A DNA stretch of 64,000 nt from Candidatus Babeliales bacterium (GTDB taxonomy: Bacteria; Babelota; Babeliae; Babelales; JANWKD01), in assembly GCA_963722075.1 (NCBI GenBank), contig CAVRJM010000001.1, positions 160,001 to 224,000 of the forward strand. Reading direction: 5' to 3'. The notes below the pieces were generated by a model. The model saw only the letters and a list, made by a program, of their open reading frames with translations, did no database searches and was not told where the DNA came from. Of the stretch, positions 32,082 to 41,552 are shown piece by piece (position 1 is the stretch's first letter; the number at the start of each line of letters is the position of its first letter). A program made the position numbers and the translations under genes.

Positions 32082-33131
32082 ATGGCAAAATTATTAACGT
32101 TCTTTCCCGCAAAAAAACTATTTAGTTTTTTTTCTAATGATATTGCAATCGATTTAGGAACAGCAAATACGTTAGTGTATGTTCGCAATAAAGGTATCGT
32201 GCTTGATGAACCGACGGTAGTTGCGGTTAAAGCAAACACTAATATAGTATTAGCTGCAGGACGTAGTGCTAAGGAAATGCTTGGCAAAACGCCAGAAAGT
32301 ATTGTCGCCTGCCGTCCCATGCGTGATGGCGTTATTGCTAACTTTGAATTAACTGAAAGTATGTTGCGCTATTTTATCCGCTCGGTAAATGATAATCGTC
32401 GTACCATGATCCGCCCTCGTATGATTATTGGCGTTCCTTCGGGCATTACACAAGTTGAGCGGCGCGCGATTGAAGAATCAGCAAAGCAGGCAGGTGCGCG
32501 TGAAGTGCACACCATTATGGAACCGATGGCAGCAGCAATTGGTGCTGGGTTGGCGGTACAGGATCCTGTTGGCAGTATGATTGTTGATATTGGTGGCGGA
32601 ACTACTGAAGTTGCGGTTATTACGCTTAAAGATGTGGTGTTTTGCCGTTCCGTGCGCGTGGGCGGTGATGAAATGGATCGCTCCATTGTGCAGTATGTAA
32701 AACGAAAATATAATCTTCTTATTGGTGAACGAACCGCTGAACAAGTTAAAATAAATATTGGTACGGTTATTCTTGATTCCCCTATTGAGAAGATGAATGT
32801 AAAAGGGCGTGATTTAGTAACCGGTATTCCAAAAACAATTTTGTTAACAAGCACGGAAGTTAATGAAGCGTTACTGGAAACCGTTTCGCATATCGTTGAC
32901 GTGGTACGTGTTGCTTTGGAAAATACCCCGCCAGAACTTTCATCTGATTTGGTTGATAAAGGAATTGTAATGGCAGGTGGTGGTTCTCTTTTGCGTGGTC
33001 TTGATAAACTTATTTCTAAAGAAACTAAATTGCCGGTGCGCCTTGCCGATGATCCATTGCGTTGTGTGGTGAACGGAGCAGGTATGGTGCTTGATAAATT
33101 AGATTTCTTCAAAGAAACATTAATGAAATAA
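32082..33131 (+). CDS. mreB: Rod shape-determining protein MreB
   Basis: IDLGTANT, RPMRDGVI, EPMAAAIGAG, DIGGGTTE, GGGSLLRG. Confidence 0.97.
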   Translation: MAKLLTFFPAKKLFSFFSNDIAIDLGTANTLVYVRNKGIVLDEPTVVAVKANTNIVLAAGRSAKEMLGKTPESIVACRPMRDGVIANFELTESMLRYFIRSVNDNRRTMIRPRMIIGVPSGITQVERRAIEESAKQAGAREVHTIMEPMAAAIGAGLAVQDPVGSMIVDIGGGTTEVAVITLKDVVFCRSVRVGGDEMDRSIVQYVKRKYNLLIGERTAEQVKINIGTVILDSPIEKMNVKGRDLVTGIPKTILLTSTEVNEALLETVSHIVDVVRVALENTPPELSSDLVDKGIVMAGGGSLLRGLDKLISKETKLPVRLADDPLRCVVNGAGMVLDKLDFFKETLMK

Positions 33132-33136
33132 TACAT

Positions 33137-33919
33137 TTGAATAAAGTACAATCTCAGGGGATTCCCCTTAAAAAGAAATTTGGGCAACATTTTTTACGTG
33201 ATCAAAGCGTGGTTGATGCTGCTATTGCACGGGTAGATATTACTAATGCTTCGGTGTTTGAAATTGGAGGCGGTGACGGTTTTTTAACGCGTTCAATTTT
33301 GCAAGCACCCATTGCGCGTTTGTGGGTATTTGAAATCGATCCCGATTGGGTTAGCTATTTACAAAATAGTATCCATGATGAACGCTTATGCGTTAAACAT
33401 GAGAATATTTTAGATGTGAATTTTGAGCAATTTGAACCCAATAAGCCATGGACCTTACTAGCGAATTTACCCTACCAAATTACCTTCCCTATCTTTTATA
33501 TGCTCTATGATCATCGGGCATTAATAAAAGAAGGAGTGGTTATGGTGCAAGAAGAAGTGGCACAAAAATTAGTTAAAACCCGTGGCAAAGGATATGGATT
33601 CCCGTCGCTTTTTTTTAACCATTATTTTGAACTTGAATTGTTACAAAAAATTCCACCTACAGCATTTTTGCCACCGCCCAAAGTCTATTCGCGGCTTATA
33701 TATATCAAGCCAAAAAACAATGTGCCCATTATTCCCCATGAACCAGAATTTTGGAAATTTATTAAAATCTGCTTTGCTCAACCGCGTCGTACACTTAAAA
33801 ATAATCTTAATCATACGCATTATGATATGAATAAGATTTCTGAAGAAACGTTAGCGTTGCGCGCGCAGCAAATGAAAATGGAAGATTTTTTAGAGATTTG
33901 GAAAAAAATCAATTATTAA
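33137..33919 (+). CDS. rsmA: 16S rRNA m6,2A1518/1519 dimethyltransferase
   Basis: KKFGQHFL, EIGGGDG, ANLPYQI, MVQEEVA, FLPPPKV. Confidence 0.94.
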   Translation: MNKVQSQGIPLKKKFGQHFLRDQSVVDAAIARVDITNASVFEIGGGDGFLTRSILQAPIARLWVFEIDPDWVSYLQNSIHDERLCVKHENILDVNFEQFEPNKPWTLLANLPYQITFPIFYMLYDHRALIKEGVVMVQEEVAQKLVKTRGKGYGFPSLFFNHYFELELLQKIPPTAFLPPPKVYSRLIYIKPKNNVPIIPHEPEFWKFIKICFAQPRRTLKNNLNHTHYDMNKISEETLALRAQQMKMEDFLEIWKKINY

Positions 33920-34146
33920 TAAAACCTTTTCTTATTATAACTAATTTTAATAATACAATATTACAGGAATTAAAATGCAGATCGATCTTTTATTAGATTT
34001 AATAAAGATAGGATGTGTGTTAATGAAGATGGGACACGTAGCTCCCGAATTACGTTTTGCCAGTGACGAGTTATTGCTCGTAAAATATTACTATAATAGA
34101 TCAAATAAGGATGAGCAAACCAAGCTAACAAGATTGCCTACCAACC

Positions 34147-34338
34147 ATGCAGGGGTTAGATATAACACCCCGATTTAATACGAAGATTACCTCCTTAATT
34201 TATTATGCACAAAGTAGTAGTGATCTGAAAATAAAGAGTGATTTAGAAAAATATTTTACTGAGGATAAAATTTTTTTTAGATCGGATGTTGAAGGTAAAA
34301 AAAATGTTGATTATAGTTTGAAAGATCCCCGTACGTAA
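34147..34338 (+). pseudogene. C-terminal remnant paralogous to 25590-26558
   Basis: MQGLDITPRFNTKITSLIYYAQS...FTEDK.FF..DVEGK vs MEGLDMAPRFNEKITSLIYYAQS...FTEDK.FF..DVEGK. Confidence 0.8.
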
Positions 34339-34360
34339 ATCGCCTATCTTTATGGGGCAA

Positions 34361-35575
34361 TTAATCCAGCGTTAATATGACTTTCATCCATCCATCAGCA
34401 CGTTTATCAAATTGCTTATATCCAGTAACAATCTCATCAAAGGGTAATTTATGGGAATAAAAATCGCGCGAGTCAAAAATGCTATTCTGTACCCATTCAA
34501 GCAAGCGCGGAATATACTTACGATGATTGCAATTTCCCATTCGCAGGATAAGATTTTTTCCCATAGCTTCTCCAATCGGGAATGTCTTTAATAATTCGGT
34601 ATAGACGCCAATGATAGAAATAGTTCCTGCTTTTGCAACTGATCTGACTGCCCATTGCAATGCTTGTGATGGTGCATTTCCGGGAATCCAATTACCGTGA
34701 TGCGGATTAATGCGTGGCGCAACAGTTTTAACTTCTTTTTTAAATTCTTTAAGCCACGCATGATGTTTTAATGAAGAAAAAAAGGAATAATGAGGATGAT
34801 CAGCATCAATGCCGACCGCATCAATTATTTTAGTAGGTCCTTTGTTACTGGTACTTTTTTTGAGTTCTGTGTATGGATCATGAGTATCAAAATTAATGGT
34901 AATAGCGCCTTGTGCTGCTGCTTTTTGTAAGCGAAATGGTATGCGATCAATGGCAAACACTGCAGCTGGTTTTAATTGGTTTACACAAAAAAGTATGAGT
35001 TGGCCGACTGGGCCGCAGCCAAATATAGCAACCGTATCATCAGGTTGGATATCGGCCATTTCAACAGCCATGTAGGCAGTGGGTAAAATATCTGATAATA
35101 AAATAACTTGATCATCAACAATGGAATCAGGAATAGCAATCAATGAAGCATCAGCATATGGTACACGAACTTTTTGGGTTTGCATTCCTTGAAAGGGGCC
35201 TGAATCTTTAGGGCCGCCATAATACGGTGTGCCGGCATCAGGACCTTGTGGATTAGCATTATCGCATTGGGAATAGATTTCTTTGCGACAATATTCACAA
35301 TAGCCGCAGCTGATGGTAGAAGGAACAATAACGCGATCGCCGATTTTAAATTTTTCAACGCGAGCGCCAAGCTGCTCAACTATACCAACTCCTTCATGCC
35401 CTAAAATAGTTCCTTTAAGAGTGTTTGCGATAGTGCCGCGTACGCTATGTAAATCGGTTCCGCAAATAGCACTACGCGTTAATTTTACAATGACATCATG
35501 ATCATTTTTAAGTTTAGGCTCAGGAACGTGCTCTAAACGAATATCTCCCACCTTATAAAATACTAGCGCTTTCAT
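34361..35575 (-). CDS. Zinc-dependent (formaldehyde/alcohol) dehydrogenase, MDR family
   Basis: ICGTDLH, LGHEGVG, CGYCEYC...C, LSDILPT, FGCGPVG. Confidence 0.92.
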   Translation of the reverse strand: MKALVFYKVGDIRLEHVPEPKLKNDHDVIVKLTRSAICGTDLHSVRGTIANTLKGTILGHEGVGIVEQLGARVEKFKIGDRVIVPSTISCGYCEYCRKEIYSQCDNANPQGPDAGTPYYGGPKDSGPFQGMQTQKVRVPYADASLIAIPDSIVDDQVILLSDILPTAYMAVEMADIQPDDTVAIFGCGPVGQLILFCVNQLKPAAVFAIDRIPFRLQKAAAQGAITINFDTHDPYTELKKSTSNKGPTKIIDAVGIDADHPHYSFFSSLKHHAWLKEFKKEVKTVAPRINPHHGNWIPGNAPSQALQWAVRSVAKAGTISIIGVYTELLKTFPIGEAMGKNLILRMGNCNHRKYIPRLLEWVQNSIFDSRDFYSHKLPFDEIVTGYKQFDKRADGWMKVILTLD

Positions 35576-35654
35576 AAACTGAATCTCCTTTTTATGGTAA
35601 GCGTAGTTTAACAATGAGATTGGATGCAATTATTTTACAAAAAATCCCAAACAG

Positions 35655-37061
35655 TTAGGAGATTATTGCACGGCGCCATTTGCGGCGTTTGAGCCATCTT
35701 TCTTTTTTTTGAGCCTTTTTTGATTCATGTGCGTTTGCAAGCGCTTGCTGCGCTTTTTGTTCGTACATTTCTCGCGTGTATTGGGCGGGAATACAGGGCT
35801 TAATCACATCAAGGACGCGTTGATGATCGTCAATGCCAGGAAAGCTTACATTAAGTTTGTGAGAAGTATTAAGTGACCTAATACGCATTTTATTTTCAAA
35901 TAAGCGAATATCCAACATTACATGATTAGAAGGTAAATTAAGTTCTTTTAGAATAGTAACCAAATACCCTAAATAAGCGCCCGCTGGAAAGGGATGGTAC
36001 GGCAAATAATCGCGATAGCCAAATGTCCAGCCAAATGACCATAATTCTGTATGTCCTGGATCAGCATTCCGTAACAAACGCGAAGGAATAGTATCTTTGT
36101 GGCGCGTACAATTATTGTTGATGGCGGTGCGCGCGATACGTTTAAAGCGTAACCAAATTTGGGTTAATTTATCAGGAAGGGTGAACCCATAACGTGAGCT
36201 AAAGATACGGTTAGAAAAAAAGCGATTAGTAGCCAGGCAATCAACCACTTGAACGCGATCTCCGGTGGAATAAAAATGATATACTTTTTTAAATAATGGA
36301 TGAAGAATTAAATAATCAGCGTCAGGAATAACCGGAACTCCAATCAAAATAAGTTCATCAATGTGCCAGGGAAGTTTAAGTGGTGGTAAGGCATTTGCTG
36401 CTGGAGATGCAGTAATTGTTGGCGTAGCAATTTTTTGTGGTGCATTATGGCGTTCGTCGGCGGCATGAGCAGTTTTTAATACCACGTAACCACCATGGCT
36501 ATAGGCGACCGTTTGAATTTTAGGTTCTATTCCTTTTGCACGTAATTTTGCTACTTCTTTATCAAGCTGATCATAAAAAATTAATGCCTCTTGGTAGCGT
36601 ACTTGTGAGCTGAGTAATCCTGACCAGCCAAAGGTATAAAATAGATGTTCTTGCGCTTGTGGGTGCAATGAAGCAAACTCTTTATATGCATGAGCAAATG
36701 CTGTTGAGGCGTTGCCTTGCAGTAAGCTGTGCATATCTACGGGCTGCAGCCCTAAACCTTGCATTGCATATACTTGGTAAAAAAACGGGTCTTTGCGCAT
36801 AATTTCAACAGCGCGGGCATATATAGAATCAGCTATCTGATCTGTCATGAATCGGATTAAATTTGATACTGAAAGATGTGGTTTAATATTAATAATGCCA
36901 TGCACAAAAATGGTCATCCATACTTCTTTAGGTTTCACGGTGGGTGAAATTCCATTTTGATTAGCGGGAATAATTTTTTCTGTTGTATGTACCAAAGAAA
37001 TACCGCAGGTAACCCAAGTAAAAAGAAAAATAAAAGCAAAGCTTTTTTTAAATAAATTCAT
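35655..37061 (-). CDS. Secreted alpha/beta-hydrolase-like protein
   Basis: IFVHG, FGWSG, AYSHGG elbow, LIGVP, D..Q, PGH. Confidence 0.6.
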   Translation of the reverse strand: MNLFKKSFAFIFLFTWVTCGISLVHTTEKIIPANQNGISPTVKPKEVWMTIFVHGIINIKPHLSVSNLIRFMTDQIADSIYARAVEIMRKDPFFYQVYAMQGLGLQPVDMHSLLQGNASTAFAHAYKEFASLHPQAQEHLFYTFGWSGLLSSQVRYQEALIFYDQLDKEVAKLRAKGIEPKIQTVAYSHGGYVVLKTAHAADERHNAPQKIATPTITASPAANALPPLKLPWHIDELILIGVPVIPDADYLILHPLFKKVYHFYSTGDRVQVVDCLATNRFFSNRIFSSRYGFTLPDKLTQIWLRFKRIARTAINNNCTRHKDTIPSRLLRNADPGHTELWSFGWTFGYRDYLPYHPFPAGAYLGYLVTILKELNLPSNHVMLDIRLFENKMRIRSLNTSHKLNVSFPGIDDHQRVLDVIKPCIPAQYTREMYEQKAQQALANAHESKKAQKKERWLKRRKWRRAIIS

Positions 37062-37187
37062 AATAGAAATAATTGAAAAAAATGAATAATACGTACCATT
37101 TCTTAGTATATACAGTTTTTTAATAATTTTTATCGGGTATTTAATTCTATTTTATCATATTGGAGGGAGTAGAGGGGGAGGGAAATA

Positions 37188-37430
37188 AATTTTCGGGTGT
37201 ACGACGCTGTTACCGGTCTTAATCAATTAATGGATCAAGCCTTCGCTAAAAAAAGCTACGGCGGACACAGTCCCCACGCCTTGTCCGGCATAGTCTTGGC
37301 GACGACGGAAAGCTCAGAATGACATGAGTGAGTCCTTGTCATCTTGAGGGAGCGTAGCGACCGTAAAGATCCAGTTATAAAATTAATTTATTATTTATCA
37401 TCCTGAGGAGCGTTAGCGACAAAAGGATAT
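37188..37430. repeat. Cluster of REP-like palindromes
   Basis: aattttcgggtgtacgacgc (also at 40331); a composite element that is the reverse complement of 40050-40160; gtcatcttgagggag..gcgaccgtaaagatccag (also at 40382). Confidence 0.85.
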
Positions 37431-37432
37431 TA

Positions 37433-39271
37433 TTATTCAATAGTCACTGACTTTGCCAAATTGCGTGGCTTATCAATATGACAACCCAAGCTGCGAGCAA
37501 CACTATAAGCAAAAAACTGCATCAGGCCCGTCATAGCAAGAGGTGCTAAAAGCGGCTCAACTGGTTGAATAATAAATGCGGTATCAGCGAGTTCTATTAA
37601 TTCCTGTTGGCCTTCAAATGCAAATATAATAAGATGACCATTGCGCGCTTTAACTTCTTGTGCATTAGAAATAAGTTTTTGGTAAATAAGAATATCCAAA
37701 GAAGAAAATATAAAAATTGGTGTTTGGTTATCAATAAGAGCTATAGGGCCGTGTTTTAATTCGCCGGCAGGGTAACATTGCGTAAATACATAGGCGATTT
37801 CTTTTAATTTTAATGCCGCTTCCATAGCAAACGGGTAACTAATATTACGTCCTAAGAAAATAAATTTTTTAAATTGAGCATACCAACCAGCTAATTGATT
37901 AACAATTTTATCATGATAAAGCCATATGCTATTTTCAAGTACTTCAGCTGCGATAGAAAGATTTCGGTATGCGTCATCCATAGAGGTTATTATATTCTTT
38001 TCAAGCGCAATACGGTGAGCGAGCCAATACAGCGTTGTTAATTGGCATGAAAATGCTTTGGTTGAAGCAACCGCAATTTCCGGGCCAGCATTCATTAAAA
38101 GAGCGCCTCTTGTTTCGCGTATAATGCTGCTGGAGGGTACATTGGTGAGGCCAACTGTTGGCAGATTAAAAGAATTGATTAAGCGAAGCGCTTCAAGTGT
38201 ATCGGCTGTTTCGCCTGATTGTGATATGCCAATATAGATGGAATTTTTTTCAGCAAAAAAAGTCATATACCTAAATTCAGAAGCCAGTACTACACGGGTG
38301 GGAATATTACAAATTTGCTCAAAAAAGAATTGAGCAATGCGTGCTGCATACCAAGAAGTGCCGCATCCAATGAGCGTAATAGATTCCATATTTTTTACCA
38401 AATCGGCGCTCACTCCCATCTGCTGCCATATTGTTTCATGCTGTGAAGAAAGCTGTTCAAGCGTAGATTGAATGGCTGCTTTTTGTTCAAAAATTTCTTT
38501 TAACATAAAATGTTCATAACCATTTTTGTTAATAACAGACCATTGACCGGTCATTTCCTGCGCTTGCAGTGGTAATGCTTGTCCAGAAAAATCATAAAGC
38601 TGTACGGCTTGATGATCTAAAAATGCAAAACTTTTATCAGGTAAAAAAACAGTTTTATTTGTATGTTCAATAAACGCTAAATGATCAGAGGCTACAAAAG
38701 TTTCTTGGGTACCCAACCCTAAGCATAACGGCGACCCTTTACGTATAACGATCATGATATCAGGGTATTGTTGGGTGATGATAGCCAGCGCATACGCCCC
38801 TTCTAATTGCTTAATAAGCGCACGCGTTGCATCATAAAGATTAGGAATGGCTGTAATAATTGATTCAAAAAGGTGCGCTACTACTTCGGTATCTGTTTGA
38901 GAGCTGAAAACATGTCCTTCTTTAATAAGAGTATTTTTTAGCTCATGATAATTTTCAATGATACCATTGTGCACTACCGAAACCGTTTTTAAGCAGTCAA
39001 ATTGCGGATGTGCATTATCTGTAGAAGCAACGCCATGGCTTGACCATCGCGTATGGCCAATCCCCACATGACCATCAATAGGAGAATCTTCAATTTTTTT
39101 AACCAAATTAGAAAGATGTCCTGCTGCCTTTTGATAAAGGATGCTATTATCTTGTGGATTTATACAAGCGAAACCAGCAGAATCATAACCGCGGTATTCC
39201 AAACGGCCCAAGCCTTTAAGAATAGTAGCACAGCTAAAATTTTTACCTATATACCCGACCAATCCACACAT
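37433..39271 (-). CDS. glmS: Glutamine-fructose-6-phosphate transaminase
   Basis: MCGLVG, LEYRGYDSAG, GHTRW, SQSGETADT, VASTKAF, ELKHGP, PRNLAKSVTIE. Confidence 0.98.
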   Translation of the reverse strand: MCGLVGYIGKNFSCATILKGLGRLEYRGYDSAGFACINPQDNSILYQKAAGHLSNLVKKIEDSPIDGHVGIGHTRWSSHGVASTDNAHPQFDCLKTVSVVHNGIIENYHELKNTLIKEGHVFSSQTDTEVVAHLFESIITAIPNLYDATRALIKQLEGAYALAIITQQYPDIMIVIRKGSPLCLGLGTQETFVASDHLAFIEHTNKTVFLPDKSFAFLDHQAVQLYDFSGQALPLQAQEMTGQWSVINKNGYEHFMLKEIFEQKAAIQSTLEQLSSQHETIWQQMGVSADLVKNMESITLIGCGTSWYAARIAQFFFEQICNIPTRVVLASEFRYMTFFAEKNSIYIGISQSGETADTLEALRLINSFNLPTVGLTNVPSSSIIRETRGALLMNAGPEIAVASTKAFSCQLTTLYWLAHRIALEKNIITSMDDAYRNLSIAAEVLENSIWLYHDKIVNQLAGWYAQFKKFIFLGRNISYPFAMEAALKLKEIAYVFTQCYPAGELKHGPIALIDNQTPIFIFSSLDILIYQKLISNAQEVKARNGHLIIFAFEGQQELIELADTAFIIQPVEPLLAPLAMTGLMQFFAYSVARSLGCHIDKPRNLAKSVTIE

Positions 39272-39446
39272 AATACTTCTCCTTTAGTATGTTCAGTAGT
39301 ATATCCAGTCTTCGCTTGCGATGGAGTATCGTTGAGTAGGGCTGAGCTACGACGGACAATCTTCGTATCATTTCAAACCTATAGCAACGCAGTCGATCGT
39401 AGCCGAATTTACCTTCGAAGTTTTTCTCGTGAAGGCAAAGATTGAA

Positions 39447-39905
39447 TTAACGTTTTACAAACTGGAATCGGCGACGTGCTGCTTTACGACCATATTTTTT
39501 ACGTTCTTTTACGCGTGAATCGACTGTTAATAACCCGTGAGAGCGCAATAAAGAACGAGACGCTTCATCGATTTCCAGTAAGGCACGTGATATGCCAAGA
39601 CGTACTGCTCCTGCTTGGCCATTAATACCGCCACCCATTACATCAGCATATGCATCATATAGAGAGGTTTTTAATGCTTTAAAAGGTTTAGTTGCATCAA
39701 GGCGGGCAATATCAGTAGTGAAATAAGAAGAGTATTCTTTATCGTTTACTAAGATTTTACCGGTTCCTCGGCGTAACCAAACACGTGCTACTGACTTTTT
39801 ACGGCGACCAACACCGTGAGCCAACGGAGCTTGTTTTTTAATCGCTTTTACTGGCGCAGTACCTGATTTAGGGGCTGCTTTAGTTGTTTTTTTTACTTTT
39901 TCCAT
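39447..39905 (-). CDS. rpsI: 30S ribosomal protein S9
   Basis: GRRKKSVARV, GGGINGQAGA, ERKKYG, QFVKR. Confidence 0.96.
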   Translation of the reverse strand: MEKVKKTTKAAPKSGTAPVKAIKKQAPLAHGVGRRKKSVARVWLRRGTGKILVNDKEYSSYFTTDIARLDATKPFKALKTSLYDAYADVMGGGINGQAGAVRLGISRALLEIDEASRSLLRSHGLLTVDSRVKERKKYGRKAARRRFQFVKR

Positions 39906-39953
39906 TAGAGGTTTTGATATCCTTATTTGATAACAGTGGATTAACAATCCTTA

Positions 39954-39982
39954 ATTATGTCAAAAAGGGGTAAAATTGTCAA
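39954..39982 (-). promoter_or_regulatory. Putative sigma70 promoter of rpsI
   Basis: TTGACA-N17-CATAAT on the minus strand. Confidence 0.55.
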
Positions 39983-40607
39983 TCCGCCTTCGTTTTCTAA
40001 AAGTATTACTTCTAAGTAAAGAAAACTACGGCGGGATAAATCCGCTCCCTGTCATCCCGAGCTTTCCGTCGTCACCAAGGTTATGCCGGACACCGGCGTG
40101 GGGACTGCGTCCGCCGTAGCTTGCCAAGCCTGTAGGCGTGGATAAGCGTAGGCTGGATCCATTAATAAAAATTATAATCCTATTTTGCAAGTAAGGTATT
40201 TTTCTCGCCAAAAATACCTTAACTAAAAGGGGGCCACCATGCTGGTGGATCCGTCTTCGCTAAGGCTTCGCCGAGACAGGATGCTCTCCCACGCGTATAT
40301 ACACCACTTCAATGTTAATGCTGCGCATTAAATTTTCGGGTGTACGACGCGTTACCGGATTTTAATTTTATACATTTCCTCGTCATCTTGAGGGAGTAGA
40401 GCGACCGTAAAGATCCAGTGGATAATATAAAGAGTCATTTAAAATTGGCGTTACCCAAGGCGAAGTACGCCTACGCTTTCTATAAGTTTTATTATGGGGT
40501 AAAGAAAGCTTCGGACGGGACAGCCTACGCCTATCACTTTTCTCATATAATTTATATAGATCATTAAAAAAACTGGCTTGCCCAGCCGTAGCCTTGGCGT
40601 AGGCTGG
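39983..40607. repeat. Large cluster of REP-like palindromes between rpsI and tRNA-Thr
   Basis: Multiple ccgcc-t(t/a)cg..g(c/t)..ct(t/a)cg-gcgg hairpins and gtcat..gatcc frames. Confidence 0.85.
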
Positions 40608-40679
40608 AGCCGATGATCGGACTTGAACCGACGACCTATTGATTACGAATCAATTGCTCTACCACTGAGCTACATCGGC
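40605..40679 (-). tRNA. tRNA-Thr(CGT)
   Basis: GCCGATGTAGCTCAGTGGTAGAGC, TT-CGT-AA loop, GGTTCAAGTCC, encoded CCA. Confidence 0.95.
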
Positions 40680-40724
40680 GTTTGCTGCTTGTAGGATAAC
40701 AAAAATGAAAATAAAAGTATAAAA

Positions 40725-41102
40725 CTATGCAGCTTCTTTAGCCGATTCTTCAATACGTTCTTGGCATTTAAGACAGCGGGTTGCATTAGGGTATAATTTC
40801 AAGCGTTTTTCTGAAATTGGTTGATTACAATCAACACAAATACCATATGACCCTTCAGCGATCATTTCTAATGCTTTAAGAATGCGATTATACTCGTCCA
40901 GTTCAGCGTCTTGCAGAGAAATTTTAAGTGTTTCCATAGAAGAAGACGATGCTTGATCACCAATATCCTGTACTTCACCGGGGTTATCCGTTTTATACAG
41001 TTCGCCCAGTTCTTGATCCAGTTCTTTTTTACGTGTTAATAATTTAGCTTTTATTGCAGATAAGTTTATGCCTTCTCTAATTATTTTTTTTTCCTCGCTC
41101 AC
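40725..41102 (-). CDS. TraR/DksA C4 zinc-finger protein
   Basis: GSYGICVDCNQPISEKRL..YPNATRCLKCQ. Confidence 0.9.
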   Translation of the reverse strand: MSEEKKIIREGINLSAIKAKLLTRKKELDQELGELYKTDNPGEVQDIGDQASSSSMETLKISLQDAELDEYNRILKALEMIAEGSYGICVDCNQPISEKRLKLYPNATRCLKCQERIEESAKEAA

Positions 41103-41552
41103 TCGAGATCCTTCTTTCTTTGAAAAATTTTTTTAATAAGGTTGCTGATTCCTGAAGGCAGATTCCTGAAATAATTTCTAAAGTATTTCTTCTATATACC
41201 TGAAGAGGGCCTTGGTTGTCAAGTTTGTAACCAAATAAAGGAGAAGAAGCACCAAAAACTACCCCACGTAATCTGCTTAGTAATATTAAATTCATACACA
41301 TGGCGCATGGTTCCAAGGTAACATAGAGCCAGCATCCCTCAAGGCGCCAATCTTTTTGGAAGGCGCATGCTTTAGTAATTGCTCGTATTTCTGCATGGGC
41401 TACTTGCTGTTTTTTTTCTCTACCTGATTATAGCCGCGACCAATAATAGTGCCGGTAGAATTCACTACTAGTGCTCCAATAGGAACCTCATTTTGCTTAT
41501 AGGCGCGCCGTGCTTGGGCAAGGGCCTGTTTCATATATAATTCATGATTCAT
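41077..41552 (-). CDS. tadA: tRNA adenosine(34) deaminase, interrupted by a -1 frameshift in an A8 run (41410-41417)
   Basis: Frame 0: YMKQALAQA...EVPIGALVV...GYNQVEKK; -1 frame: QQVAHAEIRAI...WRLEGCWLYVTLEPCAMC. Confidence 0.88.

Noticed and set aside
32369..33190. 273-aa antisense ORF
   Set aside because: Shadow of mreB on the opposite strand with no recognisable motifs
33975..34178. 67-aa ORF upstream of the paralog remnant
   Set aside because: No similarity to the intact paralog or any family I recognise
39272..39446. Possible glmS ribozyme upstream of glmS
   Set aside because: The region consists of repeat-family hairpins; I could not find the ribozyme core
40026..40211. Short ORFs here and at 8630-8821, 12602-12874, 49982-50231, 39053-39445
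   Set aside because: They run through GC-rich palindromic repeats or antisense to real genes; most likely spurious
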